DNA of 64,000 nucleotides from a virus (Duplodnaviria; Heunggongvirae; Uroviricota; Caudoviricetes): IMG/VR virus record IMGVR_UViG_3300011865_000035; one strand, 5' to 3'. Shown piece by piece: positions 56,325 to 64,000 of this stretch (position 1 is its first letter; each line of letters starts with the position of its first letter). The notes under the pieces were generated by a model. It saw only the letters and a program-made list of their open reading frames with translations, ran no database searches and was not told where the DNA came from. The position numbers and the translations under genes were made by a program.

Positions 56325-58052
56325 TTATAATCTTTTCTTAATATTATTATTAATATTTAAGGTGGAAGATAATAATTCAAGATCTAACATAAATTTTTGT
56401 ACCAAGTTTTTATCAGGTGAAAAAGTATTTTGAATATAACTGCTTTCAATAAAAGTATTTATTTTATTTTCAATAGGTTCGGTTAAAGGAGTATTTTTAT
56501 TTATCTTTAAATACTGAATCAGTATTGTTTTTAAATCTTCTTTTTCTAATTGATAATCTGGTTCAACATTATTTATAAAATTATTAATAAGAAAGCTATC
56601 ATGCTTAAAATACTTATTTAATAATTGGTCAGAAGATAATAAAAAATTTATTTTTTTAAACAGTGATAAATTATTTAAAAAATCATTGCAAAGATTATCA
56701 GGAAGAACTTCTAAAATACTTAATATTTTTTTATTTATCTTAGTCTGCTGAACATGGTAAATATCATAAGTGTATTCTGAATAATCTGTAAGTCTATCAT
56801 TTATATAAGAATCTTTCAACCATTCGAAATTGTCAATAAGCTCTCTTTCTGATATATGATTTTTAATCAGGTAGTCGAAACTATTAGAATCAAATGTATT
56901 TAAATTATATTTATTATCTTTTCTTGTAACAAATAATGCCTTAAATAATCCTTTTTCGCATATAATCCCTAACTTTTTTAGTATATTTTGAGTAAATATT
57001 TTAATATCAATGTTATTTATATTATATTTTAAAAAATGATTTGGTAATTCAGCAAAATGAGAAGCTAATGTTAAATAATTTAATGGCATATTAATATTGC
57101 CAGTAAATTTGAATTTATTATCAGTTATTTGACCATTGCAATACATAATATTATCAAGATATCTAAAAAAAGTAGCCTGATTATCTAATATATAAAAATG
57201 TTGTTTATTGGTTTTATTCGCATTAAATATCTTTTCAGATAAAACTATATTGTTTAATTTTGAAAAATTTTGTGGTTCTAATTGTAATAAATTATATAGT
57301 ACTTTGTTATCACCATTATAATCTAAAAAATATAAAATATGTTCTTCTAATTTTTCGCTAAAATTGGTCTTTCTTAACTCATTAGATACCTTTTGAAAGA
57401 CATTAATTATTTTTTCTTCTTCAAGTATCATAAGTTTATATGATTTTATTTTTGAAATATTTAATTTGTTTTTTTTGTCTATTTCTTTTATTAATGAAAC
57501 AATAGATTTATTATTAAAAAAACGAATATCAATCATATTAATAAATTTATTAGCATTTTTAATTCTTTCTACTGATTCGTTTTCGGTAAAATTTAAAATA
57601 AAATTAAATACATCTATGTTTTTACGTATTGAAGGTTTAATTTTGTTTAAAAGTTCCTGATAGATTCTATAGTTATTCAAATAACCAAAATATTGAGTGT
57701 CTTGATTGTTATAATTAGTTAGTTTTTCCTGTAATATAGAATACCCATTTTCTTTTAAGTAATAGAACCATTCATTAAGAAAATTTAAACAATCTTTATT
57801 ATCCTTACCGATAAGTTCTTTATTTAAATATTTTACAATAGAGTCTAAAGGATGGTATTTATTGGCTCCTGTTGTGTAATCAAATAAATTAATCTTATGC
57901 TGTTTAGCTAAAAGAAAATAAGAATCTAATTGTTCTTTATCCCCTTTTTTTAAAGCATCTAAAAAACGATTATTTCCTAATTTGTTTTCTTCTAATATAT
58001 ATTCGAGTGTTAATTCCATCTGCAGACCTATATAATTAAATAATATTATCAA
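56325..58052 (-). CDS. hypothetical protein, C-terminal KKRL
   Basis: 575 aa. Confidence 0.5.
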   Translation of the reverse strand: MIILFNYIGLQMELTLEYILEENKLGNNRFLDALKKGDKEQLDSYFLLAKQHKINLFDYTTGANKYHPLDSIVKYLNKELIGKDNKDCLNFLNEWFYYLKENGYSILQEKLTNYNNQDTQYFGYLNNYRIYQELLNKIKPSIRKNIDVFNFILNFTENESVERIKNANKFINMIDIRFFNNKSIVSLIKEIDKKNKLNISKIKSYKLMILEEEKIINVFQKVSNELRKTNFSEKLEEHILYFLDYNGDNKVLYNLLQLEPQNFSKLNNIVLSEKIFNANKTNKQHFYILDNQATFFRYLDNIMYCNGQITDNKFKFTGNINMPLNYLTLASHFAELPNHFLKYNINNIDIKIFTQNILKKLGIICEKGLFKALFVTRKDNKYNLNTFDSNSFDYLIKNHISERELIDNFEWLKDSYINDRLTDYSEYTYDIYHVQQTKINKKILSILEVLPDNLCNDFLNNLSLFKKINFLLSSDQLLNKYFKHDSFLINNFINNVEPDYQLEKEDLKTILIQYLKINKNTPLTEPIENKINTFIESSYIQNTFSPDKNLVQKFMLDLELLSSTLNINNNIKKRL

Positions 58053-58090
58053 TTATACAGTGAAAACGATAATAAATAAAATCTATAGAT

Positions 58091-59113
58091 TCATAATCTT
58101 CTTTTTATAGTGAGTTCATTAGGAGAGTTCGAAAAAGATTCCTTAATTTGATTATTTTCATTTAAAATGGATAATTCTTTCATGTAATTTAAATCTTCTG
58201 AATAATTTTGACCATTGAATGGCGAAAATTTCCATGTTTCATGTACTCCATTTGAATAGAGAGTATTAAAAACAGGATTCATTAGTTCTTTATATTCTGA
58301 TTTTGTATGTGAAAAAACATAATATAATAAATATTCCTTGTTAAATAAATTAGAGTTTGTATCGAAGTAGTTAATTTGTAAATAGTTAGGGTTATCATAA
58401 TTTTTGGTTAATTTTATCAAAGTTGAGTGATATTTATTTATTATGGACTTTATATAATCAAGATCGTTATAACTATGAGATAAAAAGAATAAGAAATCTT
58501 TTGTATATCGGCATAAAAAAGGTTCGCCAATGATTTTTTGTGTATAATCATCTTCTGTTAATTTATTTAAATAATCCAATTCAAAAGTATTTTGACCATA
58601 AAGATTTTGTTTTTCTTCAGTGAAATAGATTTGTGTTTTTTTAATGTTTGAAACTATCTTAATTATCTGAGAGAATTTTATTTTTAAATATCCAACAATG
58701 AAAAGAGCCATAACAAGATATAAAAATGGACTGTAATTTAAAATAAACTGTCTATGAGTCAATTCATTTATAGAAAGAATAACAAAACCAAAAATAAAAT
58801 ACCAACTAACTAATTTACATGTAGCCAAAACAGGATAATAATTTGAAGAAAAGTTCTCATCAAAATATTTATAAAAAGCATCTCTATGATCATAATAATC
58901 TAATTTTATCTCTTTAAGGTGATTAATGACATCATCAATATAGTGATATATGTATTTGGCTTTTTTTTCTTTTATAAAAAACAAAGGAGTAATATATTTT
59001 ATGAAAAGTTGTTCTTTCGAAAAAAATTCAATAAGTAAAATAATAGGAGAAAAAATCAACCATGATGTAATGTAAAGTATAAATATAAAAATAGGAGATG
59101 AAACAATTTCCAT
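58091..59113 (-). CDS. membrane protein (N-terminal TM helices), C-terminal KRRL
   Basis: 340 aa. Confidence 0.5.
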   Translation of the reverse strand: MEIVSSPIFIFILYITSWLIFSPIILLIEFFSKEQLFIKYITPLFFIKEKKAKYIYHYIDDVINHLKEIKLDYYDHRDAFYKYFDENFSSNYYPVLATCKLVSWYFIFGFVILSINELTHRQFILNYSPFLYLVMALFIVGYLKIKFSQIIKIVSNIKKTQIYFTEEKQNLYGQNTFELDYLNKLTEDDYTQKIIGEPFLCRYTKDFLFFLSHSYNDLDYIKSIINKYHSTLIKLTKNYDNPNYLQINYFDTNSNLFNKEYLLYYVFSHTKSEYKELMNPVFNTLYSNGVHETWKFSPFNGQNYSEDLNYMKELSILNENNQIKESFSNSPNELTIKRRL

Positions 59114-59253
59114 TATTAAAACCTTTATAAATTGACATGATAATAAAATCCTGCCATTTTTTTATTGAAAAATCAAAAATATTAAAAGCTATGAAAATAT
59201 ATAAAATAGAGTATAATATATTAAAATAATTTAAAATTATAAAGGGAAAATAA

Positions 59254-60948
59254 ATGAATGATATTAAGATAGATGAAAACATGAAAAGAGCATTAGATTT
59301 ATTTGCTTCTTTTGATTTGGAATTGCAAGGGATAACATTAAAAAATATTAATGAATTATCAAATGGCAATAGTTATGCTACCTATCATAACAATTATGTT
59401 CAAAAATTATCAGATGAAGATAAGCATATTTTTATATCAAAAATATCTGAAATTTATGAGTCATCATTAAAAGACGAAAAATCTGTTCAATTGTTTTATA
59501 ATGAAATAAATAAAATGTGGAATACAGAAGATAAGAAATCTTTTTTAGATGCTTTAATAAATATAGATAAAAATGATTTTCCTGAAAACATTAAAAATAC
59601 AAGGAATTTATTATTAACAAAATATTCTCCAAGAGTAAAAGAAAAAATAATAAATAATCTTTCTCTTAACTTAAAAAACATTAAAGAAATGGAAGACCAA
59701 AAATCAGCAACTATTTTTATCGATGTATTAAAAGAAAATTTTAGTCAACAAGAAATAAATAATTTTTTTAATATTTTAACAAGTAAAAGAGAAATAAAAC
59801 CTTTGTCAGAAAAAGTAAAAAAAATAAGTAATCTTTTTTTAGATGGGTATAATGAAAATGCAAAAAAAATAATATTGAATAATCTTGAACTTTCTGTAAG
59901 AGAATCTGAAAAAAATGACCTAAGCCATTTTAATTTTATACTAGAGAGTAAAATGAATCTTGCTAAAAAACAATTTTATTTATTGGCATTAGTTCAACCA
60001 GATAATGAGAAATTAAAAACTATTGGTCGTGCAAAAGATATACAAGCTATTGAATCTTTATTATCAAAAACGGATGAAACAATTGATCGTTATATTGAAA
60101 CTCTAAAAATTTCAATTAAAAAAGACAAAGAAAATAAAAAGAATAATTACCTTAATAAGTTTTATAAATTATATAATGAATTAACAGAGACACAAAAAAT
60201 AAGCATGAAAGATATTGATTTTGGAAGACCTTATCTTACAGTAGATGAAACTCAATTTGTATCTAATGAGGTTAGAGAAGTTGTAAAGATTTTAAATAAA
60301 TTATCTTATAAAGACAGTATGAATTTACGTTTTAATAAAGATTTTATCTCTCCCCCGGAATTAGCTAAGATAAAAGAAGAAAATAGAGTTGATAATTTTA
60401 TTAATTTATTTAATAAACTAGAAAGTTATGAAAAAAATAGAGTTATTTTGACTGGTTATTTAGGTCAATTAAATAATGCATATGATTTACCAGAGCATAT
60501 TGATATTTTAATTGTTGATTTAAAAGAAATGCCTATTGGAAATCGAGTTGATGTTTATTCAAAATTACTAAATACTTATTTGGAAGAAAATGATTTAGAT
60601 AAGGTATATTTAACTCCTAGTGAATTGAAAAAAGCTGAAGATTTCGAACTTAAAACAAATGTTTTAAGTTTTGAAGATAAATTTGATTTTATAAGAATGG
60701 TAGTTCGTGGAGAAAAATCATCCAGATTGATTCTTAATGATTTACATGCTGAATTTAAAGAATTAAGTACATATCAAAAAGATATAGTGATAAATGATCT
60801 TTTAAAAAAGACAAAAACAGAATTAAAAGAAATAAATACTAAAGAAAAAATACCTAATACAAATAGTTTATTTGGAAAGCTTAAAAATAAATTATTTGGT
60901 ATAGTTGATAACAATATAGAAAATAAAAATGATGGTCCTAAAATTTGA
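59254..60948 (+). CDS. hypothetical protein (no basic tail)
   Basis: 564 aa with SD AAGGGAAAA. Confidence 0.5.
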   Translation: MNDIKIDENMKRALDLFASFDLELQGITLKNINELSNGNSYATYHNNYVQKLSDEDKHIFISKISEIYESSLKDEKSVQLFYNEINKMWNTEDKKSFLDALINIDKNDFPENIKNTRNLLLTKYSPRVKEKIINNLSLNLKNIKEMEDQKSATIFIDVLKENFSQQEINNFFNILTSKREIKPLSEKVKKISNLFLDGYNENAKKIILNNLELSVRESEKNDLSHFNFILESKMNLAKKQFYLLALVQPDNEKLKTIGRAKDIQAIESLLSKTDETIDRYIETLKISIKKDKENKKNNYLNKFYKLYNELTETQKISMKDIDFGRPYLTVDETQFVSNEVREVVKILNKLSYKDSMNLRFNKDFISPPELAKIKEENRVDNFINLFNKLESYEKNRVILTGYLGQLNNAYDLPEHIDILIVDLKEMPIGNRVDVYSKLLNTYLEENDLDKVYLTPSELKKAEDFELKTNVLSFEDKFDFIRMVVRGEKSSRLILNDLHAEFKELSTYQKDIVINDLLKKTKTELKEINTKEKIPNTNSLFGKLKNKLFGIVDNNIENKNDGPKI

Positions 60949-60973
60949 TATAAATAATTTTAAAATTTAATAT

Positions 60974-61004
60974 AGAGAGAATATGATGTTCTCTCTTATT
61001 TTGT
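60974..61004 (+). terminator. rho-independent terminator
   Basis: agagagaa-tatgatg-ttctctct followed by tattttgtg. Confidence 0.65.
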
Positions 61005-61461
61005 GATTGTAACTAATAGGTTTGTATGTTACAGTAGTGAATATCTTCATACAAAAAATAGGCTTTTTATGAAAACGATGATACTACTTATATTATTAAT
61101 TTGTTTTCCCTTTTCAACCACATTTGCGGCTTCTTTCATTGTAAAAAAGGAAGAAATTCAGGATATAAAAAAGATTGATAAACAACTATCAATTAAAACA
61201 AAAAATAACCATTATTTTTATGTTTTTTCTGCAAAAGATAATCATACCCTGGATTCCAATTTTAAAAATGGAAAAAATTATATTGAAATAAATGAAATAG
61301 GAAATGGGGTTTTATTTAGTATTAAAAATAAAGAAATAGATTCTAATGAAGATTCATATCTAAAAAAATATTTTATTATAATTTGTGTTTCTTTAAATAT
61401 TATAGTGTTATGTATGTCTATTATTAAATATTATCACAATAAAATAAAGAAATATTGTTAA
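61003..61461 (+). CDS. small membrane/secreted hypothetical protein
   Basis: The probable true start is M at about 61069 (MKTMILLILLICFPFSTTFAASF signal/anchor). There is a C-terminal TM. Confidence 0.4.
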   Translation: MIVTNRFVCYSSEYLHTKNRLFMKTMILLILLICFPFSTTFAASFIVKKEEIQDIKKIDKQLSIKTKNNHYFYVFSAKDNHTLDSNFKNGKNYIEINEIGNGVLFSIKNKEIDSNEDSYLKKYFIIICVSLNIIVLCMSIIKYYHNKIKKYC

Positions 61462-61473
61462 GGAATAATTGTA

Positions 61474-62130
61474 ATGAACAATTTTACTACAAAATATCAA
61501 GATAAATTAAATCAATTTATTTTAAATAACAAAGATGTATCTAAAAATGAATTAATATTTCAAAACCTGGAAAATGGTAATATCCAACATAAATACAAAA
61601 GAAATGCATTTATATTGTTATATTTAACCACAATATTTCTTATTCTATTACCTATCTTTAATATTATATTTGTTTATATATATTCTCAATCATTAATAAC
61701 AACATTTTTAACTGGAATAGTTTTATTTCCTTTGTATTTAATATTTGTATTTAGTACCACTTTTGTAGAATCATTAATCTCAATAATTTTGCCTAAAAAG
61801 CAATACTTAAAATATTTATTTAAAAATATGAAAGCTGATAGTGAAATGTTAGATATTTTTAAAGAGGAATATCCATTAAAAATACGACAACCAATCTTAA
61901 ATAAGGTTTTAAATAGTGATTCAGTCTATTTAGCAGGAACTAATGGTCGATTGTTAGAGTTTTTCAACAGTAAAAAAGGTGGCATCGTGACTGTTGCCGA
62001 TGCTCGTTTCTTACATAGTCTGGAAGAAATGAATGAAGAAATATTAGAAGAATATCAAAATATAGAGATTCAAAAGAAAGTAATGAAAGACGAAAAAGAA
62101 TTAACTAAAATTATAAAAAAAAGATTATAG
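61474..62130 (+). CDS. membrane protein (2-3 TM), C-terminal KKRL
   Basis: 218 aa. Its architecture resembles the 24.2-28.0 kb array. Confidence 0.5.
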   Translation: MNNFTTKYQDKLNQFILNNKDVSKNELIFQNLENGNIQHKYKRNAFILLYLTTIFLILLPIFNIIFVYIYSQSLITTFLTGIVLFPLYLIFVFSTTFVESLISIILPKKQYLKYLFKNMKADSEMLDIFKEEYPLKIRQPILNKVLNSDSVYLAGTNGRLLEFFNSKKGGIVTVADARFLHSLEEMNEEILEEYQNIEIQKKVMKDEKELTKIIKKRL

Positions 62131-62139
62131 GAGAGTATT

Positions 62140-62922
62140 ATGAGTCTATTAACATATGTTATACGTTTTTCAGATAGAACTATCTGGAAAAGAAAAATAC
62201 ATAAAACTAAAGAATTTAAGTTATTACAGAATATTGATTTATTTCATTCCGAAGAATTATTTAAGAAATTTTTGTATGATAATTTTAAAGTAAATGAAAT
62301 TACGACAGAAGAAGAACATGAACAGTATGATAACCGTAATGCTTTATTTGCACCTTATATATATGGAATAGTTTTTGTTGATTTTATTATGAAAAAAATC
62401 CATTCTTATAATGGATATTCTGGTTTTATGAATGATCATGTCGCAGTATTAAGATTTGATTTAAAAAATGGTTTATTTCGGAATCAAGAATTTAATCTAG
62501 AAAACCTTATGAATAGCAAATTTCGATTGACAACAAACATCAATGGAAAAGATGTAACTAAAACTATATTTATTTTAAGTGAATACAATCAGTTTCAATC
62601 TGGTTATCTTTATAATTTAAATAAAGCAATAGCTTATAACGATAAAATACAATATATAAATTGTGACAGGGAAGTGCTTTTAATTGAAGAAAATAATGTA
62701 TATTTAGCATTAAAAAAAATATTTCTCCTTTATGACACCTATCACAAAGATGCAGATCCTATTGATATTTATATAGATGAATTACAAATATGTCCTGCTG
62801 GATTTGAAGTTACCTCTTCTGACAATAGTGATGAAGAAATTAAAAAACTTTATACTTTATTAAAAGATGATATTCATTTTACAGCGATTGAAAAAAGTTT
62901 ATGGGAAAAATATTGTGAATAA
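62140..62922 (+). CDS. hypothetical protein
   Basis: 260 aa with SD AGGAG overlapping the upstream TAG. Confidence 0.5.
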   Translation: MSLLTYVIRFSDRTIWKRKIHKTKEFKLLQNIDLFHSEELFKKFLYDNFKVNEITTEEEHEQYDNRNALFAPYIYGIVFVDFIMKKIHSYNGYSGFMNDHVAVLRFDLKNGLFRNQEFNLENLMNSKFRLTTNINGKDVTKTIFILSEYNQFQSGYLYNLNKAIAYNDKIQYINCDREVLLIEENNVYLALKKIFLLYDTYHKDADPIDIYIDELQICPAGFEVTSSDNSDEEIKKLYTLLKDDIHFTAIEKSLWEKYCE

Positions 62923-62999
62923 AGAAATAAAATCATTTTACATTTTGTAACATCTAATCTATAATATTGCTATAATAAAATAAAAAATAGAGGTTTGTT

Positions 63000-63641
63000 A
63001 TGAATAAGAAAGAAAGAATGGCAGAAATAATTAAAGAAACTGTCGCAAATACAAATAGTATTGTTAATGATTCAATGAATAGCAAAAGAAGAAATGAAGA
63101 GATTATGAAATTAAAAAATCTATTAAATGCTGAATTCACTAAAGATGATATCGTTGAATTTTATAAGCAAGCTATGTATCATAGTGTAGCGGATGCGATT
63201 CCTTTAGTTTTACATGCAGCTTCTGTTGCTTATAATACTGGGGTTAATGACGTATCAAAAATAAATGATTTTTATGTCAAAGTTTCTGAAAGTATGGAAA
63301 AAGATGGTCCTGTCTCTCTAGAGGAAAGTGAAAGAAAAACCTATTGTATATACAGAAATACAACTCATATCCATCAAATGAAAGGTTTGTTTATGCAAAG
63401 TGTTATCAGAGCACAAAAAGGAGAAGTGAAATTAGGATTTGAAAATGATGCCATACAAAATGGTGACGTAGGTTTCCTGCAGTCAATGAAAAATTTTGTA
63501 AATACTATTAAATCTAAAATAGGAAATACAATAAAAATACCTAACAGTTCAGAAATTATGAATAAGTTAAGCGAAAGATTATCCTCACATACTATTAATA
63601 ATCCTGATGTATCGGTTAATAAAACCCCAGGGCTTAAATAA
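63000..63641 (+). CDS. hypothetical protein
   Basis: 213 aa with SD AGAGG. Confidence 0.5.
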   Translation: MNKKERMAEIIKETVANTNSIVNDSMNSKRRNEEIMKLKNLLNAEFTKDDIVEFYKQAMYHSVADAIPLVLHAASVAYNTGVNDVSKINDFYVKVSESMEKDGPVSLEESERKTYCIYRNTTHIHQMKGLFMQSVIRAQKGEVKLGFENDAIQNGDVGFLQSMKNFVNTIKSKIGNTIKIPNSSEIMNKLSERLSSHTINNPDVSVNKTPGLK

Positions 63642-63650
63642 TCAAAAATA

Positions 63651-63680
63651 AAAGAGAATGTAGTAAACATTCTCTTTTTT
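63651..63680. terminator. bidirectional rho-independent terminator
   Basis: aaagagaatgt-agtaa-acattctctttttt. Confidence 0.7.
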
Positions 63681-63682
63681 AT

Positions 63683-64000
63683 TTATAGTTTTAATTGAAT
63701 TACATTACCTAACATATGACAATTTACATTACTTATATTTCTATTTACAGAAACATCATTTATAATAATACTTGAATAAAATGATTCATTTTTTAAACCT
63801 TCGGCATATTGATAACAGATTGATTTTGAAAAATCTTTAAGTGTTAAAGACATAATATCATTTTTGGATACAGGATAAATTTTAATACCATTTGGTGTCT
63901 CGATGTAACTTTTATCAGGATTATCTTTGTCAATATAAGTGTTAAAACTATATGGAATAATATTTAAAGAAGCCATGTTTTTTACTGTAAAGTCGTCATA
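63683..64000 (-). CDS. hypothetical protein, 5' end probably outside window
   Basis: The ORF is open to the window edge. It ends ...IQLKL. Confidence 0.4.
   Translation of the reverse strand, partial: YDDFTVKNMASLNIIPYSFNTYIDKDNPDKSYIETPNGIKIYPVSKNDIMSLTLKDFSKSICYQYAEGLKNESFYSSIIINDVSVNRNISNVNCHMLGNVIQLKL

Noticed and set aside
36039-59681. Antisense or embedded ORFs 36039..36260, 39492..39794, 39868..40071, 43953..44147, 45471..45801, 47033..47344, 48647..48847, 50152..50379, 53024..53221, 53600..53803, 54784..54972, 55706..55894, 57466..57660, 59028..59369, 59496..59681
   Set aside because: All lie inside longer supported genes or across promoter regions. They have no SD and low-complexity products.
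62954-63670. ORFs 62954..63139(-) and 63374..63670(-)
   Set aside because: They are antisense to the 63000..63641 gene, which has an SD and a terminator.
1-64000. Giant-virus origin (AT-rich, ankyrin-rich, aaRS genes)
   Set aside because: It was considered because of the composition and ANK content. However the window has consistent Shine-Dalgarno sequences, about 20 rho-independent terminators, TAATG translational coupling and bacterial-type ProRS/GluQ-RS. It also has MoxR-DUF58-TGc and NfeD-flotillin operons. Together these point to a bacterial chromosome.
1-64000. CRISPR arrays, rRNA, tRNA, IS elements
   Set aside because: No regularly spaced direct repeats were seen. No tRNA T-loop (GGTTCGAATCC-like) or rRNA-like GC-rich blocks were seen. 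No transposase or integrase motifs were recognised.

Overview
This is very AT-rich DNA (about 22-25% GC by eye) that is clearly bacterial. It is densely coded (~95%), uses the standard genetic code with strong Shine-Dalgarno sites (AAGGAG, GGAGG, AGGAG), and has about 20 textbook rho-independent terminators. No rRNA, tRNA, CRISPR, transposase or integrase is recognisable.

Housekeeping and known-fold genes:
- a minimal prolyl-tRNA synthetase (proS) lacking the INS editing domain
- a GluQ-RS-like glutamyl-tRNA synthetase paralog
- the tail of a MoxR-associated operon (DUF58 plus a transglutaminase-like membrane protein)
- a beta-class N6/N4 DNA methyltransferase fused in an operon to a macro-domain protein
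- an NfeD-flotillin (YqiJ/YqiK-like) pair followed by a 1624-aa protein with a C-terminal MoxR/AAA_5-type ATPase
- secreted SGNH/GDSL hydrolase and S1 serine protease
- a membrane metallophosphoesterase and a SAM-dependent methyltransferase

Most of the rest are lineage-specific orphan proteins, including at least three clean ankyrin-repeat proteins and several degenerate ones.

The main finding is that about 27 of the roughly 65 CDS, and none of the housekeeping ones, end in a stereotyped basic tail [K/R]-x-[K/R]-R-[L/I]-COOH (KKRL, KRRL, KNRL, KQRL, SRL, TRL, KRI). The conservation is at the protein level because the terminal Arg and Leu codons vary (aga/agg/cga/cgg; tta/cta/ctt/ttg). The tail is found on soluble ankyrin proteins, coiled-coil giants and small membrane proteins alike. 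I interpret it as a C-terminal translocation or sorting signal of an effector-like repertoire in a host-associated bacterium. No secretion machinery is visible in the window.

Other notable items:
- a head-to-tail array of eight small two-TM tail-bearing genes whose TAG stops are welded to the next gene's AGGAG
- a candidate Pro-codon leader-peptide attenuator in front of proS
- a segmentally duplicated 2-gene unit giving four immunity-protein-like paralogs
- several GC-rich hairpin islands that may be small RNAs
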